Assembly (NCBI GenBank): GCA_965247095.1 | Contig: OZ251997.1 | Coordinates: 4,480,001-4,544,000, forward strand | Length of the DNA: 64,000 nt | From: Candidatus Multivorans sp. | GTDB lineage: Bacteria > Acidobacteriota > Thermoanaerobaculia > Multivoradales > Multivoraceae | Direction of reading: 5' to 3' | Shown: positions 18,843 to 28,047 of the stretch, piece by piece | Layout: every line of letters begins with the position of its first letter | How positions within the stretch are numbered: the stretch's first letter is position 1 | Notes under the pieces: model-generated | What the model was told of the DNA's origin: nothing | Seen by the model: the letters and a program-made list of their open reading frames with translations, nothing else | Databases searched by the model: none | Translations under genes and position numbers: made by a program

Positions 18843-19866
18843 ATGGCCGGCACCCAACTCCGCGTCCTCCGAGCATCTGAGATCGAGGCCCTCCTCCACC
18901 TGCTCGACGGCTGGCCCTTTCCCGACGGACAGCGGGGACGGGACTTCTTCCGGCGGTACATCGAACTCGATCCCGCGTTCGAACCGCGCAACGTGTGGGT
19001 CGCGGAGCAGGACGGCGACCTGGTGTCGTGCGTTCAGATCTTCCCGCGCCGGGTGCGGATCGGCGGCCGGATCCTGCCCATGGGTGGGGTCGGCAGCGTC
19101 TTCACCCGGCCGGACTGCCGGCGCCGCGGACTGGCCGGCGCCCTCCTGGAGCGCATGATCGACGCGATGCGGGAGCGGGGGATGGTGTTGTCGTACCTGC
19201 TGGCCGAACGGCTGAAGTGGTACGGCGAATATGGGTACCGCCCGTGGTCGAGAGGCTGGCGAACTTTGCACTCGGCCGACCGCTCCATGTCGGCCGTTCC
19301 CGGGGCGCGCCGCTACGACCCGGCGACCGACCGCGACGGACTGGAACGCCTCTGGCGCGTCTACGCGGAGGGCGCCGGCGGCGTGCCACTCGACGGCATC
19401 GTCCACCGAGACGCCGAGGGCTGGCGGGGCAGCTTCCAGCTCGCCGGGAACCCGGACGAGGACATCTGGGTCGCCGACGGCGGTTCCGGCCTCGAAGCCT
19501 ACCTCCGGGTCACCGAGATAGGCGGCCGCCTCCGCGTCCTGGAGTGGGGCCGCGAGCGTGAAGCGGCTCAGGCCCTGTGCGAGCTGGTGACGGCCGCTAT
19601 GGCCGGCCGTGGCGTTCAGTCGATCCGGTTGCCCTTGGTCCGCGACGATGCGGTGGAAGAAGCGTTTGCCGATGCCGGCGCGCGGATCGAGACCCAACCT
19701 GCCTGGGATGAACTGCCTCCGGACACCCCGCCGCCGGCAACCTGGATGGTGCGGTGCCTGGATGACGACGCGCTGGCCGACCCTCGGCGTGGCCAGAGAA
19801 GGCGACGTCCTGGCCCGCTGCCTGCCGCCGGAGCGCTTCGCGTTCTGGGAGGCGGACCGGTTTTGA
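18843..19866 (+). CDS. Eis-like GNAT acetyltransferase, with a probable 1-nt frameshift near 19780
   Basis: GGVGSVFTRPDCRRRGLAGALL. The C-terminus continues in another frame as TLGVAREG..FAFWEADRF*, which resembles an Eis-like terminus. Confidence 0.75.
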
Positions 19867-19932
19867 GCTGCGTGCAGGCGCCTCAGGTGCCGGTGGCGGC
19901 GTGCTTGCAGGGAACAAGGACGGCACCGGCTC

Positions 19933-20127
19933 TCAGATGAGGCCGTAGCCGATCTCATCGACGATTCCGGTGAGCACGCGATGCATGAGCAGGTCGGCCA
20001 GCGCGCGGTGGAAGCGGGTCTCGGACGCGATCGGTGACGGCTCGAGCTGTCCGAACGCGACCGTCGTCAGGCTGGGCTCAGTGGTGCGGAGCCGATCGGG
20101 GTCAGGCCTCCGAGGCAGTTTGGCCAC
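19933..20127 (-). pseudogene. Truncated RES-like toxin remnant
   Basis: MAKLPRRPDPDRL..EP resembles RES-toxin N-termini; lies directly after the antitoxin-like fragment; no intact RES core follows. Confidence 0.45.
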
Positions 20128-20136
20128 TGTCTCTGG

Positions 20137-20379
20137 TCAGAGCCGCCGGGCGAGCATCGTGAGTCTCATCACGGCGCCGCCGCTGCGAAGCCACGCCAGC
20201 GGGCTCACGCAGGTGTCCACATCGTCGTCCAGGAACAGATCGGGATCGGGCGCCGTGTACCAGGCGTAGACCTCGACGGGATGGAGGTCGGGGCTCAGCG
20301 CGGTATTTACCTTGGCGATGTTGGGCACCAGGGGTCCGCTCTGCTTGAACTGAAAGATCGGAATGTACCGGCGGTTGTC
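20137..20379 (-). pseudogene. 5'-truncated Xre/MbcA-like antitoxin
   Basis: Frame after TAG 20380-20382: RYIPIFQF..LVPNIAKV..LHPVEVYAWYTAPDPDL..SPLAWLRSGG; no N-terminal HTH or start. Confidence 0.6.
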
Positions 20380-20514
20380 CTACGCGATCGCTCCATCCTC
20401 GACAAGTCTCCTGGGGATGTTGGCGGTCTCCGCCGGCAGGACCGGCCCAGACTTGCGACCTACTACGGAGGGTGGCCGGATTCCGTTTGTCTGGCCCCCG
20501 CTAGACTCCCTTTC

Positions 20515-21054
20515 ATGCAGGTCCTCGACCCGTCCTGGGAGGGTTCTCCGCCGTTCCTGGCACCGGCGCCTCGGTTGAAGGCACTGACCGGGATCGACGT
20601 GGCGTTGCTCTCGAACGGCAAGGCGGGCGTCGAGCCGCTCTTCGATCACGTGGAGACTCTGCTGCGGGTCCGCTGGCGTGCCGCCTCGGTGGAGCGGGCG
20701 ACGAAGGGGAACTACAGCGCTCCAGCGGAGCCGGATCTGGTGCGCCGGCTGGCCAGGCGGCGACTGGTGATTACCGGCGTCGGTGACTGAGGGAGCTGCT
20801 CGTCGTGCAGTCTGCATGACGCGGTGACCTTCGAGCGGGCGGGTGTGCCGGCGGTCGGGGTGATGACGTCGGCCTTCGTCGACGGCGCCGAGTTGATGGC
20901 CGTGGCCTGCGGGGCGCCGGACTACCGGTTCGCCGTGATCGAGCATCCGATCAGCAGCGCGAGCGATGGAGAGCTCCTGGAACGGGCGGGCGAGATCGTG
21001 CGCCAGGTGGAGAAACTGGTGCTCGCTCGGGCGGATGTGGAGACAGCGCCCTGA
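20515..21054 (+). CDS. UGSC-family selenoprotein (Sec at UGA 20788-20790)
   Basis: ORF-track fragments 20281..20790 and 20824..21054 are in the same frame: LLSNGK..GVGD-U-GSCSSCSLHD..ERAGVP..HPI. SECIS-like hairpin follows; TAGACT 7 nt before ATG 20515. Confidence 0.9.
20801..20821 (+). promoter_or_regulatory. Bacterial SECIS-like hairpin
   Basis: Stem CGTCGTGCA / TGCATGACG (one G-U pair) with apical loop GUC, 19 nt downstream of the UGA. Confidence 0.75.
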
Positions 21055-22238
21055 CCGCCCGCCGCCAGGCCCCCGCCGCCGTCCTCGCGGCAGTGGTGGC
21101 CGCTGCTGCGGCGCTGCTCGCGGCGCCTGTGGTAGCCGAGAAAGGCGTGGTCCTCGCGGAGTTCATCTTCGAGACGGCGCCGCACCCCGAATGCCACGCC
21201 TCGACGATCGCCGAGACCGCCTCCGGCGTGCTCGTTGCCGCGTGGTTCGGCGGCACCGAAGAGCGCAACGCCGATGTCGGCATCTGGTTCAGCCGGCTTG
21301 AAGCCGAGCGGGCCGAGTCGGCCTCGGCCCCCGCGTCGCCGAGCGGCCGCTGGACGCCGCCGGTCGAAGTCGCGAACGGCGTCCAGGCCGGCGGCGCCCG
21401 CTACCCGACCTGGAATCCGGTGCTCTACCAGCCGCCGCGGGACGGCGCGCCGCTGCTCCTGTTCTACAAGGTCGGCCCGAGCCCGCCTCTGTGGTGGGGC
21501 ATGGTCATGGAGTCGGAAGACGACGGCCGCTCGTGGAGCGCGTCGCGGCGGCTGCCGGACGGCATTCTCGGACCGATCAAGAACAAGCCGATCACCCAGG
21601 TCGACGGTTCGCTGCTCGCCGGGTCGAGTATCGAGGACGCGCCCGAGCCGCCCGCCTGGAGGGCGCACTTCGAACGCTCGACGGACCTCGGGCGGACCTG
21701 GACGCGCAGCGACCGGCTGGCCGGCAGAACGGCCGGCGGCGAGGACTTCTGGGTCATTCAGCCGACGATCCTGACCCTCGGTGACGGCGAACTCCTGGCG
21801 CTGTTCCGCTCCAAGCAGAGCCGGATCGCCGCTTCCCGCTCCGCCGACGCGGGTAGGACCTGGGGACCGATCTTCGGAACCGCTCTGCCGAACCCCGACG
21901 CCGGCGTCGACGCCGTGACCCTGGCGGACGGGCGGCACCTCCTGATCTACAACCACAAGGTGCGGATCAATGGCGCCTGGGCCGGATCGCGCTCTCGCCT
22001 GAACGCGGCGCTCTCGGACGACGGCGACGCCTGGGACGCATCGCTCATGCTGGAAGACCAGGACGGTGAGTACTCGTACCCCGCGGTCATCCAGACCCGC
22101 GACGGGCGCGTGCACGTGACCTACACCCACCGGCGCACCCGAATCCGGCACCTGGTGCTCGATCCGGCCGCGCTGCCGCGGCATCCGATGTCCGGCGCCG
22201 AGTGGCCGGACGAAGCGCCGGTGCTGGCGCCCGAGTGA
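21051..22238 (+). CDS. Sialidase-like BNR/Asp-box protein (BNR_2)
   Basis: CHASTI, WFGGTEE, Asp-boxes SEDDGRSW, STDLGRTW, SADAGRTW, SDDG; YSYP; signal peptide. Start is either CTG 21051 or GTG 21093. Confidence 0.88.
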   Translation: MTARRQAPAAVLAAVVAAAAALLAAPVVAEKGVVLAEFIFETAPHPECHASTIAETASGVLVAAWFGGTEERNADVGIWFSRLEAERAESASAPASPSGRWTPPVEVANGVQAGGARYPTWNPVLYQPPRDGAPLLLFYKVGPSPPLWWGMVMESEDDGRSWSASRRLPDGILGPIKNKPITQVDGSLLAGSSIEDAPEPPAWRAHFERSTDLGRTWTRSDRLAGRTAGGEDFWVIQPTILTLGDGELLALFRSKQSRIAASRSADAGRTWGPIFGTALPNPDAGVDAVTLADGRHLLIYNHKVRINGAWAGSRSRLNAALSDDGDAWDASLMLEDQDGEYSYPAVIQTRDGRVHVTYTHRRTRIRHLVLDPAALPRHPMSGAEWPDEAPVLAPE

Positions 22239-23719
22239 CTGGCGGCCTCGATCTCTTCGTCTTCGCCGCCTATCTGCTGGCGGTCATCGCTCTCGGCCTC
22301 TCCCTGGCGCGGCGGAGCCGGACGGCGCGCGGCTTCATGATCGCCGGCGGCGCGCTGCCGGGCTGGGCGGTGGGCCTGTCGATGTTCGGCACCTTCCTCT
22401 CCAGCAACACCTTCATCGGCGTGCCGGGCCAGGCGTTCGCCGGCAACTGGAACGCGTTCGTGTTCTCGCTGTCGCTGCCGGTGGCGGCCTTCCTGGCGGC
22501 GCGCTGGTGGATCCCGTTCTACCGGCGCGGCGGCGCGGTGTCGGCCTACCACCACTTGGAGGCTCGCTTCGGCCGCTGGGCGCGGACCTATGCCGTCGCC
22601 TGTTATCTGCTGACCCAGTTCGCGCGCGTCGGCTCCATCCTGTTCGGCGTCGCGTTGGCGATGAACATACTGACCGGCTGGCCGGTGACCTGGATCATCC
22701 TGAGCACTGGCGTCGTGGTCACGATCTACACCCTGATCGGCGGCATCGAGGCGGTCATCTGGACCGATGTGATCCAGAGCGTCGTGCTGACCGTCGGCGC
22801 CCTGTTCGTGGTCGGGCTCCTGATCGTCGACGCGCCGGGAGGGCTGGGCGGACTCGTCGAGACGGCTCAGGCGGCGGACAAGTTCTCGCTCGGCAGCTTC
22901 GCATTCGACTTCACGACCTCGACCTTCTGGGTCGTTCTGATCTACGGCCTGTTCATCAACTTCAACAACTTCGGCATCGACCAGAGCTATGTGCAGCGCT
23001 ACCACGCAGCGAACAGCGACCGCGCGGCCTCGCGCTCCGTGTGGCTGGCGGCCGGCCTCTACCTGCCGGTGTCGGCGGTGTTCTTTTTTGTCGGGACCGG
23101 GTTGTTCGTCGTCTTCCAGGGTCAGCCCGAGGCCGCCGGAGTGGCCGCCGACCAGGCTTTCCCGCACTACATCTCGACCCGGCTGCCGGCCGGGGCCGCC
23201 GGCCTCTTGATCGCGGCGCTGTTCGCGGCCGCGATGAGCAGCATCGACACCTCGCTCAACAGCTCGGCGACGGTGTTCCTCTCCGATCTCTACCGCACCT
23301 ACATCCGGCCGGCGCCGGGTCCGGACGGGGCGGAGGCGGAGGACCTGCGGGTGCTGCGTCGGGCGACGGTCGGTGTGGGCGTGCTCGGTACCGGCACCGC
23401 CCTGCTCATGATCGGCGCCGGCAGCCTGCTCGACGTCTGGTGGACCTGGTCGGGAGTGTTCGCCGGCGGCCTGCTCGGGCTGTTCGCGCTCGACCGGCTG
23501 GCGCCGCGGGCGGGCCGGGCCGCGGCCCAGTTGGGGGTCGCGGTCGGCGTGCTGGTCATCGTGTGGATGACGGCCTCGCCGCGCCTTACGGGGGGATTGG
23601 CGATGCTGCGAAACCCGCTGCACAGCTACATGATCACCGTTGTCGGCACGCTGGCCATCTTCGGTGTCGGACTGCTGATCTCGAGGTGGCGGCGGACGGG
23701 GGGCGCTGCGATAGGCTGA
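22235..23719 (+). CDS. Sodium:solute symporter (SiaT-like)
   Basis: GTG 22235 overlapping the sialidase stop; LSSNTFIG, GGIEAVIWTDVIQ, DQSYVQRY, AAMSSIDTSLNS. Confidence 0.93.
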   Translation: MTGGLDLFVFAAYLLAVIALGLSLARRSRTARGFMIAGGALPGWAVGLSMFGTFLSSNTFIGVPGQAFAGNWNAFVFSLSLPVAAFLAARWWIPFYRRGGAVSAYHHLEARFGRWARTYAVACYLLTQFARVGSILFGVALAMNILTGWPVTWIILSTGVVVTIYTLIGGIEAVIWTDVIQSVVLTVGALFVVGLLIVDAPGGLGGLVETAQAADKFSLGSFAFDFTTSTFWVVLIYGLFINFNNFGIDQSYVQRYHAANSDRAASRSVWLAAGLYLPVSAVFFFVGTGLFVVFQGQPEAAGVAADQAFPHYISTRLPAGAAGLLIAALFAAAMSSIDTSLNSSATVFLSDLYRTYIRPAPGPDGAEAEDLRVLRRATVGVGVLGTGTALLMIGAGSLLDVWWTWSGVFAGGLLGLFALDRLAPRAGRAAAQLGVAVGVLVIVWMTASPRLTGGLAMLRNPLHSYMITVVGTLAIFGVGLLISRWRRTGGAAIG

Positions 23720-24277
23720 ATGCCTCCGATGCTCGCACGAGACCTTCCGTCCGCCCGGCCTGCGGGCCGCCTGCGCCGCGCGGCCCTCGTTCTCGCCACT
23801 TCGCTTCTCGTCCTCGCGCTCGGAGGTTGCGAGAACCGGGGCGACCTGCTGGGCGTCGAGCTCGTGATCTTCACGGTCGGCGAATGGGTGGGCATCGGCC
23901 CTCAGGGAGAGGAGCTGCGCTTCACCATCGAGCGCGACGACGACGAGGCGGTTCTCACCGCGTTCATCGTCAGTCTGCCCGGTCTGGGCGACGTGGCTCA
24001 GGGCGAGCCGGAAGCCTGCGACGAGATGGTCACCGCGTTCAACCGGTTTGGAAATCTCAACGTGCGTATTCCGCTGCGCAACGCCGGCTTCAGGTTCCGC
24101 ACTCCGAACGACTTCCGGGTCGACAATGACGGCTATATCCAAGCGGCGATCATCGGCCGCTTCGACGCGCCGGACAGCGCGATGGTCGACGCCGACATCG
24201 AGATCGACGTGACCCGGGTCCTGCCCTGCCGCGCCGAGTTGATGGTCAGTTGGCAGATGGCGCCGGTGGGTTCCTGA
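23720..24277 (+). CDS. Putative lipoprotein
   Basis: Hydrophobic signal ending LGGC (lipobox). Confidence 0.6.
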   Translation: MPPMLARDLPSARPAGRLRRAALVLATSLLVLALGGCENRGDLLGVELVIFTVGEWVGIGPQGEELRFTIERDDDEAVLTAFIVSLPGLGDVAQGEPEACDEMVTAFNRFGNLNVRIPLRNAGFRFRTPNDFRVDNDGYIQAAIIGRFDAPDSAMVDADIEIDVTRVLPCRAELMVSWQMAPVGS

Positions 24278-24315
24278 GTCGCAGGCAGAGCTACCGGTAA
24301 CGAGAGCGCATCGCG

Positions 24316-25887
24316 ATGTATCCCGGCAGGTACGCGCGCGAAACGCCTGACAAACCGGCGGTGGTCATGGCCGGCACTGGCGAGTCGGTCAGCTACCTGG
24401 AGCTCGATCGACGGTCGAACCGGCTGGCCCAGCTCTGGTACGCGCAGGGCCTGCGGCCCGGCGACCACGTGGCGATCTTCATGGAGAACCACCCGCGCTA
24501 CTTCGAGGTCTACTGGGCGGCGATCCGCTCGGGTCTCTACCTGACCACGGTGAACAGCTACCTGACCGCCGAAGAAGCGGCGTACATCGTGAAGGACTGC
24601 GGAGCGGAGGGGATCGTCGCATCCGCGAAGCTGGCTGAGGTCTGCACTGAGCTTCCAGACCTGATTCCAACCTGCCCCAGCCGCCTGATGGTCGACGACG
24701 ACCGGCTCGGCATCCCCACGGGCTGGGATGACTACGGCGAGGGGACGGCGCAGTACCCGGCCGAACCGCTCGCCGAACAGCCGCGCGGCAGCACGATGCT
24801 CTACAGCTCGGGCACGACCGGGCGGCCGAAGGGCATCCTGCGGCCGCTCCTGGGCCTGCCGGTTGATGAGATGCCGGCGCTCAGGCTGGAAGTCCTCACG
24901 AACATCTACGGCATTGGCGCTGATTCGATCTACCTGTCGCCGGCGCCGCTCTACCACGCGGCGCCGATCGGGTTCACTGGCGGTGTCCAGACGCTGGGAG
25001 GGACGGCCGTGGTCCTGGAACGGTTTGACCCGGAGCTTGCGCTCAAGGCGATCGAGGACTTTCGGGTCAACGTCAGCCAGTGGGTGCCGACCATGTTCAA
25101 CCGGATGCTCAAGCTGCCTGAGGAAGCGCGGACGCGCTACGACCTGTCGAGCCACCAACGGGCGATCCATGCCGCTGCGCCCTGCCCGGTCGATGTCAAG
25201 CGCCGGATGATCGAGTGGTGGGGACCGATCATCCTGGAGTACTACGCCGGCACCGAGGGCAACGGGATGTGCGCGGTGGAAACCGAGGAGTGGCTGGAAC
25301 GCCCCGGCACGGTCGGCCGGTGCCTCACGGCGACGATCCACATTTGCGGCGACGACGGCGGACAGTTGCCTGTCGGCGAGCCCGGGACGATCTACTTCGA
25401 GCCGCCCGAGGACGCGGACCTGTTCGAGTACCACGGCGACCAGGAGAAGACGCTCGGCTCCCGGCACCCGGTTCATCCGCGCTGGAGCACGCTCGGCGAC
25501 GTCGGCTACCTGGACGAGGACGACTACCTGTTCCTCACCGACCGCAAGGCCTTCATGATCATCTCGGGCGGCGTGAACATCTACCCCCAGGAGATCGAGG
25601 ACGCGCTGGTTGTCCACCCGAAGGTCGCCGATGTGGCGGTCATCGGCGTACCCAACGAGGACATGGGCGAAGAGGTCAGGGCGGTGGTCCAGTTGATGCC
25701 CGGGATCGCGGAGAGCCCGGAAGTGACCGAGGAACTGATGGCCTACGCCCGCGAGCGAATTGCGCACTACAAGGCGCCGAAGTCGATCGACTTCGAGGAG
25801 CAGCTCCCGCGGCTGCCAACCGGCAAGCTCTACAAGCGTCTGCTGCGCGACCGCTACTGGACGGGCCGCACGTCGCGGATCGTGTAG
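24316..25887 (+). CDS. Acyl-CoA synthetase
   Basis: YSSGTTGRPKG, YYAGTE, TLGDVG, DRKAFMIISGGVNIYP, PTGK. Confidence 0.95.
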   Translation: MYPGRYARETPDKPAVVMAGTGESVSYLELDRRSNRLAQLWYAQGLRPGDHVAIFMENHPRYFEVYWAAIRSGLYLTTVNSYLTAEEAAYIVKDCGAEGIVASAKLAEVCTELPDLIPTCPSRLMVDDDRLGIPTGWDDYGEGTAQYPAEPLAEQPRGSTMLYSSGTTGRPKGILRPLLGLPVDEMPALRLEVLTNIYGIGADSIYLSPAPLYHAAPIGFTGGVQTLGGTAVVLERFDPELALKAIEDFRVNVSQWVPTMFNRMLKLPEEARTRYDLSSHQRAIHAAAPCPVDVKRRMIEWWGPIILEYYAGTEGNGMCAVETEEWLERPGTVGRCLTATIHICGDDGGQLPVGEPGTIYFEPPEDADLFEYHGDQEKTLGSRHPVHPRWSTLGDVGYLDEDDYLFLTDRKAFMIISGGVNIYPQEIEDALVVHPKVADVAVIGVPNEDMGEEVRAVVQLMPGIAESPEVTEELMAYARERIAHYKAPKSIDFEEQLPRLPTGKLYKRLLRDRYWTGRTSRIV

Positions 25888-25893
25888 GAACTT

Positions 25894-26616
25894 GTGGCGT
25901 CGGGTTCCCCGCTGACGGCGATCGCTGACGAACTGGCCTCGGCAGTCGACGCGCTCGAGTTCGGTGCCCCGGTCGTCCACGTCTACAACCCCCTGGTCTA
26001 CGCCCAAGCGGCCCACCATGCCTACCTCCGGGTGGCCGGCGCGGCAACCGGACGGGTGCTGCTGCTGGGGATGAACCCGGGGCCCTGGGGCATGACCCAG
26101 ACCGGTGTGCCGTTCGGCGAGGTGGCCCACGTGCGGGACTGGTTGGGGATCGCGAGCGGTGTCGAACCGCCGGCCGATCAGCACCCGAAGCGGCCGATCC
26201 TGGGCTTTGGCTGCGGGCGGAGCGAGGTCAGCGGCCGCCGGGTCTGGGGTTGGGCGGATCGGCGCTTTGGAACCCCGGAGGCGTTTTTCGATCGCTTCGT
26301 GATCTGGAACTACTGCCCGCTTGCCTTCCTGGCGGAGAGCGGCGCGAACCTGACCCCGGACCGGTTGCCGGCGAAGGAGAAGGCGCCGCTGTTTTTGGCC
26401 TGCGACCGGGCTCTGGAGCAAGCTGTTCAGGTTCTTGAGCCGCGGCTGGTCGTCGGAATCGGAGCGTTCGCGGAGGGCAGGGCGCGGCGAGCGCTCGAGG
26501 GTTTGGATGTGCCGTTAGGGCGGATGCTGCACCCGAGCCCGGCGAGTCCGGCCGCGAACCGGGGCTGGGAAGAGCAGGCGGAACGGGACCTGCGGGGGTT
26601 GGGGGTGGTTCTCTAG
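25894..26616 (+). CDS. SMUG1-type (family 3) uracil-DNA glycosylase
   Basis: VYNPL, GMNPGPWGMTQTGVPFG, SEVSG, NYCPL, HPSPASP. Confidence 0.92.
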   Translation: MASGSPLTAIADELASAVDALEFGAPVVHVYNPLVYAQAAHHAYLRVAGAATGRVLLLGMNPGPWGMTQTGVPFGEVAHVRDWLGIASGVEPPADQHPKRPILGFGCGRSEVSGRRVWGWADRRFGTPEAFFDRFVIWNYCPLAFLAESGANLTPDRLPAKEKAPLFLACDRALEQAVQVLEPRLVVGIGAFAEGRARRALEGLDVPLGRMLHPSPASPAANRGWEEQAERDLRGLGVVL

Positions 26617-26626
26617 GGTAGGGCGT

Positions 26627-27817
26627 TCAGCCGGCGTCGCGGGGTTCGACCTCGCGGTCGTCGACGGCCAGGACCACCGCGTCGTGGATCGCGGGCCGCA
26701 GCCTTCTGATCGCGATGTTGTCCCGCGTGGGGTGGACACGGTTCGTCAGCAGGACGACGATCAGATCGAGTTCCGGGTCGATCCAGAGAGAGGTCCCGGT
26801 GAAGCCGGTGTGGCCGAAGGAACGGGACGAGAAGTAGCGGCCGGCGGAACTCGGCTCTGAGGGCGTGTCCCAGCCCAGCGCGCGGCTGCTGCCGGGGACG
26901 AGTTCGGCGCGGCGGGTGAAGAGGGCGACCGTCTTGGCGCCGGCAAGCCGCTGCCCTCCGTAGACGCCGCCGTTCAGCATCGCCTGGCCGAACGCGGCGA
27001 CATCGCCGGCGGTGCCGAACAGGCCGGCGTGCGGAGCGATGCCCCCCAGCGCGAGCGTGTTTTCGTCGTGGACCTCGCCATGGGGCAACCGGCCGCGCCA
27101 GGGATCGAACTCTGTCGGGGCGGTCTGGCCCCGCAGTGATTCATCGGGCAGGTACCCGCTGTCGGCCAAGCCGAGTGGGTCAAGGACTTCGGCCTGCACC
27201 AGGTCGTCGAGGCCGCGGCCGGAGCTCCGCTCCAGGATCTCACCCAGGAGCAGGACGCCGAGGTCGGAGTAGATCGCCTGTTCGCGCCGGCCCACTTCCA
27301 GTTCCGTGCCGGCGATGTGCTCCAGGTATCGGGCGCGCGCCTCGTCGCGGTCGAGGCCTTCTCCGACTTCCCGGAACAGTTCGGTGCAGCAGGGCAGACC
27401 GCTCGAGTGGGCGAGCAGATCCCGCAGCGTCGCGCCGCCGACCGATGATCCCTCGAGTTCGAGCAGGTAGGACGCGGCAGTGGCGTCGAGGTCGAGCGCG
27501 CCCTCCTCGACCCGGCGCATCATCAGCGTCGTCGTGGCGATGATCTTGGTCAGGGAAGCCAGGTCGTAGATCGTCGACGGGGTGACCGCGGGCGAGCCCT
27601 TGTCGTAGGTCAGGCGGCCCGCGGCCCGTTCGAGGACCACGGCGCCGCGGCGGGCCACCAGCAGGACGCCGCCCGGGGTGACACCGCTGCCTGTGGCCGT
27701 CTCCAGCAGGTCGGCGGCGTGTTGCAGGCGCTCTGCATCGAAGCCGGCCGCTTCGGGCGCGGCGTCGCGAAGCACGGGCGCCGCCGCTGCCGGTTCTGCC
27801 GATCTCGGTGGGGACAA
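26627..27817 (-). CDS. Serine hydrolase, class C beta-lactamase-like fold
   Basis: DLASLTK (SxxK), LLAHSSGL, YSD, VHDEN, GHTGFTG, LTNR. Confidence 0.92.
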   Translation of the reverse strand: MSPPRSAEPAAAAPVLRDAAPEAAGFDAERLQHAADLLETATGSGVTPGGVLLVARRGAVVLERAAGRLTYDKGSPAVTPSTIYDLASLTKIIATTTLMMRRVEEGALDLDATAASYLLELEGSSVGGATLRDLLAHSSGLPCCTELFREVGEGLDRDEARARYLEHIAGTELEVGRREQAIYSDLGVLLLGEILERSSGRGLDDLVQAEVLDPLGLADSGYLPDESLRGQTAPTEFDPWRGRLPHGEVHDENTLALGGIAPHAGLFGTAGDVAAFGQAMLNGGVYGGQRLAGAKTVALFTRRAELVPGSSRALGWDTPSEPSSAGRYFSSRSFGHTGFTGTSLWIDPELDLIVVLLTNRVHPTRDNIAIRRLRPAIHDAVVLAVDDREVEPRDAG

Positions 27818-28047
27818 GTGCGCCGCGGGTCCAGGCGATTGGCAGGCGGACGTTGCCGCCAGGACGAGAAGAGCCGCCAGAGGGTGGAGCCGGTGCGTTG
27901 GTCAGTCCTCGCGTGGCGTCCATGGCGGGCCAAGGCGGGCCAAGGCGGCAACTGAAGGACTATAGCCGGGTCGGCTGCGGGAGGATCTTCGGTTGCTATC
28001 CTCGCTCCTTGCTGATCGGAACAAATGCGGAAGGGGAATGAGGGACG

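Noticed and set aside
20281-21054. Two separate ORFs or a nonsense pseudogene
   Set aside because: The UGA falls at the conserved U/C-G-S-C position and is followed by a SECIS-like hairpin.
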